Positions 1 through 12,712 of a DNA stretch of 64,000 nt are shown in pieces. The notes beneath the pieces were generated by a model. It was given only the letters and a program-made list of their open reading frames with translations. It was not told the DNA's origin and did no database searches. Position 1 is the first letter of the stretch. Each line of letters opens with the position of its first letter. The position numbers and the translations under genes are program-made. The DNA is taken from NCBI RefSeq assembly GCF_009914755.1, contig NC_060926.1; one strand, written 5' to 3'. The stretch is from the human T2T-CHM13v2.0 reference genome, Homo sapiens.

Positions 1-759
1 TCCCGTGCAAGGGGGCACGGCCAGCTGTTAACAGAATGAGACGACGCTTCTTGCACCCTGTAGTGCTGCCCGTGGCCCTCTGTGGCTCCCCTTCGTTGAT
101 TAGGAAAATGGAATCAGGGTAGCGCCTTGGGAGAAAATGCCGTGGATCCCAGGGCCAAAGCTCATTGTGCCCTTGGTGAGCTGTTTGCCCTGAGGAGAGC
201 CCAGCAAAGATGGCTCCCAAGTCGTCTCCTTCAGCCACTGCTGGGCCTGGATGTCCCTAGAAAGTGGGCCAAAGCCAGGTCATGTTCCTGTCGTTGGGGA
301 AGTGGAAAAAAAGGGGCTGCCATCCCGCCTCTCTGACAAACACAGGGAGGTGCCCCCGTGCCTCCGCCACTCTGCCAGGGATACAGACAGACACTCAGGA
401 AGCACCACAGGCCCCAAGAGGCACAGGCACACTGACAAAAGCAAACCCATACCGGGGACACAGATACCACACACATTTAGTCATCGCTGGCGGCCCCCAG
501 GTGCCAGAGACTCTCACAGAAGCTCAAGGACTCGAATGAGGTGTTGGTGTGTTTAACACCCATGCCCCCCCCCACACACACCTGTGTATGCCCACATGCT
601 GCCACTCTGACCTGTGGGTGGGGGCAGGCATGTGAGTGGGCTCTGAGTCTTGGCCTGAGCAGGTGCGTGGGTGTCCCCCCCGCACTCAAATGGGCAGCTG
701 GAAAGGAAGATCAGGCTCAGGTGCGCAGAGCACAGTGGCCCTGAGCGGGGGTGGTGGGC

Positions 760-773
760 GTTGCCATGGAGAT
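760..773. promoter_or_regulatory. RFX X-box-like motif GTTGCCATGGAGAT
   Basis: Left half and spacer match the GTTGCCATGGCAAC consensus; right half is degenerate. Motif evidence only. Confidence 0.35.
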
Positions 774-1197
774 GACAGCCAGAGAGGCAGCACTGCAGGC
801 GAGCTCCGTGTGGGCGGCTGCTGAGCCCGCAGATCCACAGATCTCAGGAGGGACTGGGCAGTGCTGGAGGCTCCAGGATGGGAGCGGGGGGGCTCTTGAG
901 GTGGGGGTGAAGCTGAGGAGCTCTGGAATGGTCATGAATTTGTGGTCTTGGCTGGGAGCACAGACTATGGGGCCTCTGCCTCCCCCATCAGTGCCACTCA
1001 CTCCCACTCCTGTCCCCCACCAGCAACTGTGCTGAGCTCACAGCCAAGGCAAAGCTATCAGGGAGGGCAAGCAGAGGCGGGGAGCTAAGGATCGTGGCTG
1101 GTTTTAGGAAAACGGCTGAGGAGGGTCTAGCTGATTCTCCCCACCTCCTGGCATCACCTGACCTCTCTTTCTTTTCCACTGGTCCCTCCTTTGCAGC

Positions 1198-1390
1198 CTA
1201 GTGGAATGGGAATCACAGAGGACTGGGAGTCAAACAGTAAATCAGGATGCCTGTCCCTGTCGACCAACTCTGGGACCATGAGCAACCTGCCCAGTGAATC
1301 TCAACCTGGGTCTTCACATCTGTGAAATGGGATGAGGAACCCTGATCGACCTACCTCCAGAGCTGCTGAGAAGGTCAAATGACTCTCAAG
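1198..1390 (+). mobile_element. MIR SINE fragment
   Basis: MIR core-like 'cacatctgtgaaatgggatga...cctacctccagagctgctgagaaggtcaaatga'. Confidence 0.65.
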
Positions 1391-1689
1391 AAATTCAACT
1401 GGACAGACATGGACAGATGCTTACTATGCACCAGCACGCCGTGGCGCTCCAGGGACGGAGAGAAGTACACTCTTGCGGAGCTCACCAGTGAGTGGGTGGG
1501 AGACGAGCGCGTGCAAACAAGACAGCTCGGATAAGCGCCAGGACTCAGCCTGTTCCAGCAGCTCCTGGGAGTGCCTGCTAAGGGCCAAGTACCGGGATAC
1601 AGAGAGGCAAGAGCGGCAGAGGAGCCCAGGGACTGCATGGGATTCAAATCACGAAAGAGCAGCGGCCTCCCCCAGAGCAGCCCTCAAAT

Positions 1690-1868
1690 GCATCCGTCTC
1701 ATTCATCCTCATACACCGCCAGGTGGAGCCACTGAATGCTCTCCCCATTTTACAAGTGAGAAAGCTGTGATCAGAAAGAAACAGCTGTCCCAAGTGCAAA
1801 CGAACCCTGGGAAGAGGTGGAGCTGGGATTTGACTCTTGTCTGGCAGGTCCCAGAGTCCCTGCTTTGG
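1690..1868 (-). mobile_element. MIR SINE fragment
   Basis: 'ccccattttacaagtgagaaagctgtgatcaga...ggagctgggatttgactc' is reverse MIR core. Confidence 0.65.
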
Positions 1869-2981
1869 GCCACTGAGCTCAACTGCTTCTCCCGGCCTCA
1901 CCCTTCCATGTGCCTATGGCCTCTGGGAGGGAGCTGCCTGGTGTCAAAGGCCCTCCCCTGCTCCCTGCCCCGGCCCTGGCCTGGGCTGTGGTCCCACCAG
2001 CCACTCACCCCTCCGCCTTCCCTGTTCTCTCCTCCTTGCCTGTCTTCAATAAGACGGTCCAGGGGCGTGGACAGATAGCACAGTGTCACAGAGCCCGACA
2101 GCACTGACATCGGCGTCCTACGCCACCACTTGCGAGCTGGGGCAAGGCCACGGAGCCTCTCTGAGCACTGTTTCCACGCTGCAGTCCACACACGGGCAGT
2201 GCAGGGCATGAGCCAGACCCTCAACACCTTCAGTGCTCGCGAGGCACTCTGCACCCCCAGTGCTTCCAGAAGGGGCCATCTGTCCCCTGTTTCCAGGCAG
2301 TGGAAGGTGGAGTCTAGCCTGGCAGGACAGGAGGCAGAGGCTGGGCCTTGTCTCCAGAGAAACCGGGGCTCAACTCCTGCCTCCTCCCTCACTCGCTGTG
2401 TGTCCTGGGGAAAGTCACAAGGCCTCTCTGAGTTTTGTTCCTGGGGCCTCCCACCCCAGGGTCCCAGACGGGATCCAGCAGGACCCGAGGTCCATGGGTC
2501 TGAGCTGGCAGGATCTGAGCTCAGAGACCTTGCCCCTCTCCAGAGGACCCCCACCCCTCCCAGCTCCTCTAGGTGGCCCCCTGGTAGCCTCCCGGGGCCC
2601 TGTGAATGGGGGAGGGGGAAGAAGGCGCTGTCACCTGGGTTTGAGGTGGAGGGCACTGGTGGATGGCAGAGGAAGCCTGTCTGGGCTGGGAGAGGGCACC
2701 CTATGGCTCCCCTCTCTGGGCCTGGCTCCCCCACTGCTGACAGCCTGGGCTGTGAACAGACCGGTGGGAGGGCCTGCACGGGGCGGGGGATGTGAGGCCA
2801 AGGCTGACCTAGGTCTCAGGCACAGCCTTACAGTGGGCAGCTTTGAGAAACCCAGTGAGAAGGGCCAGCTCTGGGCTCAGAGGCCAGGGAGGGCGTGGGA
2901 GAAACAGGCAGCGCCCCGCACTGGCTGGCATCTCTTGAGGTTTCTGTAGAAATGTTTGCTCCGGCAGGAAAAAAAAAATCT

Positions 2982-2995
2982 GTTGCCATGGTAAC
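2982..2995. promoter_or_regulatory. RFX X-box GTTGCCATGGTAAC
   Basis: 13/14 match to the palindromic X-box GTTGCCATGGCAAC; fits GTNRCC-N-RGYAAC fully. Confidence 0.55.
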
Positions 2996-3145
2996 CTATG
3001 TCTTCCCTCCCCAGCTGAGTCCTCAGAGGGAAAATCATCTCAGAATTCCCAGGGATGAGTGGCCAGCTACACTTAGGGGAAGCTTCCCAAACCCAGGCCT
3101 CCCAGCAGGGTGAAGAAGCCACATTCGCTCAAACACTGGAGCCTC

Positions 3146-3380
3146 ATTCATTCATTCATTCATTCATTCAACAATCACTGAGACTCTACGCCCCACCCTG
3201 TGCTGGGCCTGGGGATGTGGAAATTCATCCAACTCGGTCCCAGAACTCAAGGAGCTCAGACTCTGGTGGGAAGACAGGTGTGTAAGCGTGAAGCCATGGA
3301 GGTGGTGAGAGCTTTGACAGGGGATGGCAGAGTGCTGCAGAAGCACAAAGGGAAGGTGGGAGGGCTTCCTGGAGGAGGCC
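3146..3380 (-). mobile_element. L2 3' end with (TTCA)n tail
   Basis: (TTCA)n followed by 'tgtgctgggcctggggat...ctcaaggagctcagactctggtgggaagacag'. Confidence 0.7.
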
Positions 3381-5019
3381 CGCTTTGGCTGGGTCTTTGG
3401 GCTGCTCTAGACCCTGGAAGCCCTTAGAGCCCAACCCCCTGCCTGGTGTTCCACCCATTTTACAGAGGAGAGCACTGAGGTCCAGATAGGGTGAATGACT
3501 TGCCAGGGTACAAGGAAATGAGTGACAATGTGCGGGTGGGGCTGATGTTCCTAAAAGGAAAGGCAGCTTCATATCCGACCTGAATAAATAATGTATTCTG
3601 GATTTTAATTATTTAAAAAGCCTCCATTTCACTGGTGTCTCATCAAAAATAGAAACTCTCTTCCTTTCACTCTAGATTTCTTTTGAAAGTGGCAGGTGGG
3701 CGCAGAGGTAGGGCCTGGGCCTCTGAAGCGTCCTGCTTGTGGCAGCAGCTGTGAAGCAGAGGCCGCAAGCCCCGAGCCTCCGACGGAGAAATGACAAGTG
3801 ACCGTCATCCTGGAGCCTCCCCCCTGCCTTAGGCCAGTCTGCACCTAGCCCTCAGATGGGTGGTCAGCGCACCGCTGTTCCCACAAGACTCGGGTGGTTC
3901 CCCAAGTCCACCAGCTTCTCTTTCCTCCCGGGCACACGGGGGTCTTACAGCAGCACCTCTTGGAGATGTCGAAAGAATCCTGCATTCGGTGTCTCTGGGG
4001 GGTCCCATCTCTGTCCCCAGACCGGACACACCGTAGACCCCCAACTTATGGACATTTCCATCTTTCAAAGACAGGCCTTAGAGAAAGGAAAGAAAACCAA
4101 ATCGCCAAGAGGTGTGAGAAGAAAGGGCTGGGGAGGGAAAGCTGGGACACACCAGCCTACTCCTTGCCGTTGGGGTGATCTTGTGGCTTTGAAAATCTGG
4201 ATCAGTTCCCCAAAACACAGCCAGTCAGGGGCTCTCCCTCCCCACCGTGCTCTGCAGCATTCCCGCCCCTTGTTCCTCGGTATCTTACCAAGCCCGCATC
4301 GCACAGATCAGCTTCTTTTCCATCGGAAGCAGCCAGAGAGCTGTCAGAAGAAGGTCCCATTCCCCGGCTCCAGCCCAGCACCAGATAGAATCTCGCCGAG
4401 GCTCCCGACTGCCACCACTCCCATCTGTCTTCCTTGCCATGTGTCCCTGGGGCTTAGCTCTGAACAGAGATGTCACCCAAACAGGGTGAGGCCACCACAA
4501 GTCAAGGTCTCACTTCCAAACCAGAGCACACTCAACTCCAGTCCACCTCTCCCCACTTGGCTGTCCCCAGACCCCATCTGTAACATTTGCATCTCTGTTG
4601 GAGAAGGTCGAAGGTCAACCACCAAACCCCAAGCCCCCTCCAGCTCCTGCACCCGCCACACTGCCCTTGACGTTCCTCCCTCACGCTTGGACCCTCCGCT
4701 GGGCTCTGTCATGAACAAGAACTGCAAAACTCTGGGGAGCGCTGCTGCTCTCCAGGTGATTTCTATCAAATAACGCCGCTGGTCCCAAACCATCCTGGGA
4801 GGTAACTACTATTATTAAGTAGCGGGCAAGTGGCCATGAGCTAGGGAGTGGCAGAAGCAGGGCAGAAATGGAGGTCAGCGTCTCCGCCTCCCCTCTCTTC
4901 AGACTTCTTTACCTCATTTGATCTTGACAGCTGCAGACAGCTGCCACTCCCCACTTTACAGGCTAGGAAGCCTCAAAAAGCAAAGTGACTTGCCCAGAGC
5001 TCTGGAACAAATCCCTTGA

Positions 5020-5455
5020 CCTCCACAGGGGCTGCATGAATATCGTTGGTGGCTTAAGCCACCAAAACGTGTTGTCTCCCAGTTCTGGAGGCCAGAAGTC
5101 CAACAGCAACGTGCAAACAGGGTTGGTTCCTCCTGGGGCTATAAGGGAGACTGCTCCAGGCCTCTCCCTCTGTGTCTGGCAGTTTGCTGGCCATCTTCCA
5201 CGTTCCTTGGCTTCTAGATGCATCTCCCAGTCTCTGCCTTCATGCTCACATGGCCTGTGTCTGTGTCCAAATGTCCTATAAAAATAAGGACACTGGTCAT
5301 AGGTCATAGTGGGTAAGGGCCCACCCTACTCCAGAGTGGCCTCATCTTCACAAATCACATCTGCAATGACCCTGTTTCCAAATACAGTCACATTCGGACT
5401 TCCAGGGGGTTAGAATGTCAACATGGGAATTGGGAGACACAATTCAACCCATAAG
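5020..5455 (-). mobile_element. MLT1 (MLT1C-like) MaLR solo LTR
   Basis: 'cagttctggaggccagaagtccaa...acatctgcaatgaccctgtttccaaatacagtcacatt...gacacaattcaacccataa'. Confidence 0.8.
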
Positions 5456-6124
5456 AGAGGCTCAGGGGTCATTCCCCAGGAGGCAAGATGTGGTCATCCC
5501 ATCTCTACCCGCAGAAGCCACTGCAGAGGCAACTGGCCTGGCCCCAGGAAAGCTTCCCGAGGACTCTGACTTCTACCAAAAGGCTAAGGAGCAGTTGGAG
5601 CAGGAAGGAGGGAGCTCACGCGGAGGCCGTCCCACTTCTCCCGGGAGAACACGTCATTCTGAGAGCCTGGGCCTGGACTGAGGGGCAGAGTCTGCAGTTC
5701 CAGTCCCCGAGATCCACTCTCCTGCCCGTGACTCCGGTCCCAGGGCTCATCTCTGTGGTCCTTAAAGGCAGTGACTACGGCAGCAGGAGTGGGGATGGCA
5801 GAAGGACGTCTACACAGGACTGCTTGGGATCCCAGTTTCCACGTGTTAGCTGTGTATCTTCAGACAACTGACTTTTCCCTTCTGAACTTGAGTTTTCTCC
5901 TTCAGGAAAAATGGGGCTTTGCAGGTTTGCTGTGGGGACAGCACCTGAGCTCACCTAGGCAGAGACAGCAAGTTCCCACCTGGCCCCAGAAGAGACCAAG
6001 CTTGCTGTCCTAGCGTCTAAAAAGCCCCCAAACCAAGATGCCAACCCCACACCCAGCATGCCCCAATACCTAGCTCCAGGCACAATCATCTTCACTGGGT
6101 TAAAAAGAAAAATCTCTTGGGACC

Positions 6125-6360
6125 CCAAGGCAGGCAGATTGCCTGAGCTCAGGAGTTCAAGACCAGCCTGGCCAAGATGGTGAAACCCCGTCTCTACTAA
6201 AATACAAAAAAATTAGCCGGGCATGGTGGCGCACACATGTAATCCCAGCTACTTGGGAGGCTGAGGCAGGAGAATTGCAGTGAGCCGAGTGAGCAGAGGT
6301 TGCAGTGAGCTGAGATCACACCACTGCACTCCAGCTTGGGCGATAGAGCAAGACTCCGTC

Positions 6361-6392
<32 letters not shown>

Positions 6393-6403
6393 GAAAAAGA
6401 AAA
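6125..6403 (+). mobile_element. AluS, 5'-truncated
   Basis: Alu body starts at 'ccaaggcaggcagatt'; A-rich tail present. Confidence 0.9.
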
Positions 6404-8005
6404 GTGTCTCCTAAAAATGAGGTCAGATTGTAAGTCACCCTCCGTGTTCTTCCCCGGTGCCAGACAGAGTGGACCTGAGGGCTGGCTTCAGCCACTTCTG
6501 TCCGGAAGCCTGCAGGCCGCCTGTGAGTGAGTCGGCCCAAACAGAAAGGTGAGGTTTAGATAAGAGAAAGGGGGACATCATTTGCAATGTATTTTGGGGG
6601 TGTCCTTTTTCCTTTCTCTTCCTTGGCCAGGATGAGTCCCTCGGGGAGGGGGCACAACAGGACCTCAGAGGTGGGTCCTGGTCGGGGTCTCAGGAAACGG
6701 AACGTGTCGCCATTCTGCCTGCTCTCCACTGTGGGATGAGTCCTCACTGCCATGGGACAAGTGAGAGTTCCAGACAAGGACCTGCCATGGACCAACCCAG
6801 ACACGTGGGGCAATGACTTTGTCTCCCTCAAACCTCCGTTTCCTCACCTGAGGTAGGGAGATCTCTAACCTCAGCCAGCCCCTTTCATGGAGCCATTGGG
6901 ATGGTCAGAGGGCCAGTGTCAAATGTGAAAAACGCCTCGGATGCCATGAAATGCCACAGGGGTGTCAGCTTTGGGTGAGGCCACTAGAGTTCCACGGCAA
7001 CGAAGGGCTGCAGAAGCCATGCTGATGATCCATGGGGACTCTGAGCTCCAGGGAGAGAAGGGGAAAGTTCAGCCTACACAGCAGGTTGGGATAGAGCAAG
7101 CGGGGAGCCCAGACCTGCCGACCCCCAGGCCTGGCTGAACCAGCCCTTCCTCTGGGCCTGCAGGGGGTTGGAGGGGCTCCCCGTTGCACAGTAGAGGTGC
7201 TCCTGGGCACAGCAGCCTGGGATAAAGCATTTTAAGCCCAAGGTGTTTGGGGACAGGTCTTGCTGTTGGTTACTTTCACAGGGACAAGTCAGACTCAGTG
7301 CATAACGGCAGGGACTGAGGACTGCTCGTGGCTCCGGGGAAGGCTGGCAGGGCTTGGTTGGATCTTGCACTGCCTCCCTCCTCCCTCCTGGAGGCCAGAT
7401 ACACCATCCTGCCCCCCAGCCTTGGCTAGAGATGTCCCCTCAGCCTGGCTGTCCTCCCCACTCCTTCCCAGCTGGGGAGCAGCACCCTTCAACCACCTGT
7501 CCACGGCCCCTGCTCCAGGAAGCCCACCTCACAGCCAGCCAGAGGTGACTCTGCCCCCCCTGCCCTGGCCATGAAGTGTGGAGTGGTGGAAAGGGTGAGG
7601 CCCAGATCTGGAAACCTGGCTTCTCCTGCCACCACACTGTGGCTGTGAAACGTGAGCAAGCACTTTGCCTCTCCGAGCCTGGTTCCTTATCTATAATTGA
7701 GTTTAATTCCCAGGAGTACTGAGGGGAGGAGGGTTAAATTTGTACATGGAAGAAATACATTTGAGCATCTATTAAATGCCAGGCTTAAAAATGTACACTT
7801 ACGTGTTAGTCATAAAAAAAGCGCCAGGCCTGACTTTAGGCATTTATCAAAAAAGACAAAGCCTGTATAAGTGAATATTCTAATGGGGGACACAGTGGAC
7901 AGATGAACGACGACTCAAAGAAGAATAACAGGCAGGATAAGGGTGTAGACTCATCCACGGAGGGTGCTATGCTCTCTATAGACACCATAGGTACTTAATA
8001 AATGC

Positions 8006-8894
8006 TGAATGCATGGATGGATGGATGAATGGGTGGATGGATGGGTGGGTGGGTGGATGGATGGATGGGTGGATGGATGGGTGGGTGGGTGGATGGATGG
8101 ATGGATGGATGGATGGATGGATGCATGGATGGATGCATGGATGGATGGATGGGTGGATGGATGGGTGGATGGATGGGTGGGTGGATGGATGGGTGGATGG
8201 ATGGGTGGGTGGGTGGATGGATGGATGGATGGATGGATGGATGGATGGATGGATGAATGCATGGATGGATGGATGGGTGGATGGATGGGTGGATGGATGG
8301 GTGGGTGGATGGATGGGTGGGTGGATGGATGGATGGGTGGATCGATGGATGGATGGATGGATGGATGGATGGATGGATGGATGGATGGATGTGTGAATGG
8401 GTGGATGGACGGATGGACGGGGGAACAGGTGAACGGGTGGATGGATGGATGGGTGGATGGGTGGGTGGGTGGATGGGTGGATGGATGGATGGATGGATGG
8501 ATGGATGGATGGATGGGTGGATGGGTGGATGGACGGATGGACGGGGGAACAGGTGAATGGGTGGATGGGTGGATGGATGGATGGGTGGATGGGTGGGTGG
8601 GTGGATGGGTGGATGGATGGATGGATGGATGGATGGATGGATGGATGGACAGATGGATGGGTGGGTGGGTGGATGGGTGGGTGGATGGGTGGATGGGTGG
8701 ATGGATGGATGGATGGATAGATGGATTGATGGGTGGGTGGGTGGATGGATGGATGGATGGATGGATAGATGGATTGATGGGTGGGTGGGTGGGTGGGTGG
8801 ATGGATGGATGGATGGACGGACGGATGGACGGGTGGGTGGGTGGATGGATGGATGGATGGGTGGATGGATGGATGGATAGACAGATGGATGGAT
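8006..8894 (+). repeat. (TGGA)n/(TGGG)n compound tetranucleotide repeat grown from an L2 3' tail
   Basis: About 890 bp of GGAT/GGGT units, preceded by the L2 end 'cataggtacttaataaatgctgaatg'. Confidence 0.95.
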
Positions 8895-9509
8895 GCTGCA
8901 TCATACCCCCACCTCTCATAACCAACAACGGCCATGGTTGTCACCCACAGTATCTCCTTCTCAGAAGAGCTCGCCAACCCCCCAAGGTGGGCCAAGGAGC
9001 AGCCAGAAGAGGGCTCTGAGTGGAGGTGGGCATGGCACCCCTCCCACGCTACCTCCTCCTCTCCTAGGACCATCTCAGAAGTAGCCTCCCCTTGCAAGGA
9101 GGCTGGCAGGGCAGAGAGGGTCACCCAAGGCCTGGAAAGAGCCCCAGCAGCTGGCAGCAAGTATCCCAGGCACAGGGCGAAGGCTCTGCCTGTTTCCTGT
9201 CTGGACCTCACAATGCCCTGGCATGGCAGGGCGTCCCCCCGGGAGCTGGTGCTGAGAGGGTGGCGGAGGAGGAGACCCCACCTCGGGGGACCAGGGATCA
9301 GGAGAGTCAGCAGGGCCTTCAGAAGTCCCCTGATTCAGGCTTCTCACTTCTAAGTGGGGACATGGAGCCCTACAGAGGGTGAGGACTGGCAGAGGTAACC
9401 CAGAGTCAGGTATGGGGCAGAATTAAGCCAGGTCTACCTGAGTCCCTTTACAATTTACCTTCAAAAGGCCCCAGCTTCTGCTGAATGTTTCCTCCCCTTT
9501 TAAATGCAC

Positions 9510-9720
9510 CCTGCCCTTGGTCTTGTCCTTGACTCTGCCCTTGGCCCTGTCCTTGGCTTTGCCTTTGGTCCTGTCCCTGCCCTTGGCTCTGTCCCTGTCT
9601 TGGCCCTGCCCTTGACTATGTCCTTGTCCTTGTCCTTGGCTCTGCCCTTGGCCCTGTCCTTGGCCTTGCCTTTGGCCCTGTCCGTGCCCTCAGCTCTGTC
9701 CTTAGTGGCCCTGCTCCCTG
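9510..9720 (+). repeat. Degenerate 6/12-bp minisatellite (about CCTGTCCTTGGC)
   Basis: Repeating ccttgg/ccctgt/ctctgc hexamers. Confidence 0.85.
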
Positions 9721-10063
9721 GCATTACCTCTCCCTCACCCACCGCTCCCTGTCTTACTAATCCAAGGCCACCCTGCTTGTCTCCCATGTCCCTCATGCCT
9801 TTTGTCAACTGTGGAGATGATGACACTCAGTGGGTAACTATGGCATATGGCTTGTGGCTTAAGGAAAGGCACTCCAAGTTTCCACTCCACGTGCTCAGTC
9901 TCTAGAGGGTCCTAATGTGAGACCACAGTCTCAGGCAAGCCATTCCAGGGCATGAGGCTGAAGAAGTGGCTGACAGTCCCAGGCCAGGCAGCACTGCCAG
10001 CTCCTCTCCTCAAGGTGGAGCTCTCCTCTCCACCTCGGCAGGAGTCGGCAGTTCACTCAGCCC

Positions 10064-10325
10064 ATGGGTGCACAGGCACATGCGGGCACACATGGGCACA
10101 CATGGGCACACATGGGCACATGCAGGCACACACAGGCTCACGTGGGCACACACACAGGCATACAAAGGCACACATGGGCACATTCGGGGCACACGAGCTC
10201 ATGTGGGCACAACATGGGCATACACAGGCCCACTTGGGCACACTCGGGGCACACATGGGCCCATGCAAGCACACATGGACACACACAGTCACACATGGAC
10301 ACACACGGTCACCCACACGGGCAAA
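10064..10325 (+). repeat. 10-bp minisatellite (CATGGGCACA)n, degenerate
   Basis: Perfect copies at 10091-10120; degenerate copies on both sides. Confidence 0.85.
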
Positions 10326-11234
10326 CACTCCCAGTTACTCCAACCTACCTCCAGACCTTCCTGACCTGGATCCTCCCGATCTGGGCATCCTGGGTGGAAG
10401 GTAGGGCTCCCCCTAACACCTGCCTGACTGAATAGAAAAAGAAAATAAATAAAAATGGAGCCTTTCCTCAGCTTCTTGGGGAAGTCGTGGGCCGGCCAGG
10501 GGTTGGCAGGAACCAAATGGGCTGGGTCAGCACTGCATGAATCAGAGGATTTGAGAATTGCTGGGCGAGAGGTTCTGCAAATCACCAGATCAGAGCACTA
10601 TGGAGACACGGTGTTTAGCATCACAGAATATCAGAATCACAGACCCTCGGGAACAAGCACTGCTGTTCCCAGCCTCCTCCCTACAGATGTCTCCAAATCC
10701 CAGACAGCACCCGCTGAAGCCCCTGCCTGGCTTCCCTGCTGCTGTCGGCCTCACTCCCTTCCTGTCCACGCAGCCCACCCTCCTAAGCGACCTTCTGCCC
10801 AGCCACAGCCATTAGCTCCCTGCTGCTCAGAAGCCATAGCAGGCTCATTTTTATGAGGAGGACAGAGTTCATTAGCTCACCCTCTGCCAATCCCCTCACT
10901 ACCAACCTCCTTTCCCTTCCAGTCTCCCCCAGAGGGGCCACACTATAGCACACATAGTAAAAAAGTCTGGGCACGAGCCCTGATACACATCTATTGTTTG
11001 TTTGAAAATGATGTCCCTGACAGTGCAAGACGACTGGCCTCCTCCTGGAGTGGATCAGGGCTCCCAGAGAGCACGAGAGGAGGTAGTGGAAGCTGCTGGC
11101 CTCCCGAGGCCCGGCCCGGCCACCACCCGCCTTCTCTTGGCTGCCTCTCACTGGCCAGAGCAACTACAGAATCTGCCTGGATTCAGGGAGTGGCATGGGG
11201 TGGGGTGGTGGGGGTTGACGATGGCTATAAGAAA

Positions 11235-11498
11235 CGGCTTTGAAGATGGAGGGAGGGCCATGAGCCAAGGACCGGGGCAACCTCAGAAGTGGGAAAAGGC
11301 AAGGAACCAGCCTCCCCGCAGAGTCTCCGGAAGGAAGATGGCCTGCTGGTGCCCCAGTTGTTGCCCGGGGAGACCTGCTGCGGACTTCTGACCTCCAGAA
11401 CTATAAGATAGTAAATGTGTCTTGCAAAATAACAAATTAGTGGCTTAAAACCATGAAATTTGTGGTAACTGTGACAGCAGCAATAGGAAATTGATACA
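11235..11498 (+). mobile_element. MLT1D-like MaLR LTR, 3' part
   Basis: 'ggccatgagccaagga...gacttctgacctccagaactataagata...cagcagcaataggaaattgataca'. Confidence 0.75.
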
Positions 11499-12400
11499 AG
11501 TATGTATCCGACTATTATTATATGTGTTAAGTGTTGTTAGAGTAGCGAGAAACAGACATCAGCTTTAGCAAAAAAAAAAAACCCACAAAAAACCCAGAAA
11601 ATGTATGAAAAGATACTGTCCCAGCTCACAGGATCAAAGTGCTGAGCGACCACTCACAGGAAGCAGGAAACACGGAGGCTCTGGGTGGATCAGTGAAGCA
11701 AGAAGTTCCTGCCCTTCTCTCAGGGCACCTGCCTGGTGGAGGCTCCATGCAAGTCCCAGGCTCCATGAACCTGGATCCCAAACTCACTGGAAAGGGAAAT
11801 CCAGACCCAGCCTGCCTCTGCCTGTGATGGCTAGGAGAGGGAATTGCTGGGCCAGGAAGCCACCCCTATGGGTACCTGCTGGAGCCCAAAGCCCCGTTCT
11901 AGTAAGCTGCAGCTGGTGCAGAACTTAAACCTGTGGCCCCAAGGCCACGCCTCCCTCCAGGCCACAGTTGCTCTCAAAGGCAGGCTGGTGAGGAGGCGTG
12001 TGTGGCCTGAGCAGGATGCTAGAGAGCCGGGGAAGCTGAGGCAGGAAGAGGCATTGGCTCCAGCTGGCAGAGCCCTGGAGTCAGGAGGAGAAGCCGGAGA
12101 AGCTCATGAAGCCCAGAGTCTGCGTGCTAGGGACTCGCGAGCCGCATTTGGCCACAGACGGTTTTATTCAGCTTGCGTGGTTTTTGTTTGCCTGTCTGTA
12201 TAATGGCTACAATATGCTGAAGACATTAACAAGATGGATTTGCAATTTGCTTTCAAATCGTGTTTCTTTGCAGCCTCCCATCTCCAAAGTGAGGAATGAG
12301 TTCATGGCTTCAGAGAAGGAGGTGAGGTTTCTACCCTGTGCCAAGTAAAAGGTCTTCACTTTGAGACTGAAAGTTCACTTTTCAGAGCACAGAGAACTTT

Positions 12401-12712
12401 TAGGGGTTGGCACATGTTTCTGCTGAGGGCTGGGTAGGGAATCTTTTAGGTCAGTGGGTTTGTGGTCAGCAGGCTTGTGGTCTCGATTGCAACTCCTCAA
12501 CACTGCTGTTGAAACACAAAAGTGAGCGAACATGGCTGTGATTCAATAAAACTTTATCGGTCCTGGAATTTGCACTTCATATAACTTTCACGTTATGAAA
12601 CGTTCCTGTTTTGATTTTTTTCAACTATTTAAAAATGTAGCAACCATTTTCAGGCAGCTGGCTATATAAAAGACATGGCAGGCTGGCTTTTGGTCCCTGA
12701 ACTGCTGTTTAC
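12401..12712 (+). mobile_element. MER58B (hAT-Charlie) DNA element
   Basis: 'gcaactcctcaacactgctgttg...ggctgtgattcaataaaactttat...tttttcaactatttaaaaatgta'. Confidence 0.75.

Noticed and set aside
1898-4773. Overlapping 220-305 aa ORFs on both strands
   Set aside because: Rich in Pro/Gly/Ser/Arg with no recognisable domain, partly overlapping MIR. Expected by chance in GC-rich DNA.
7951-9211. Long ORFs (325-411 aa; HPSI/MDGW repeats)
   Set aside because: Translations of the (TGGA)n simple repeat, which lacks stop codons in several frames.
9500-10435. Hydrophobic LALPLALS and HMGT-repeat ORFs
   Set aside because: Minisatellite translations.
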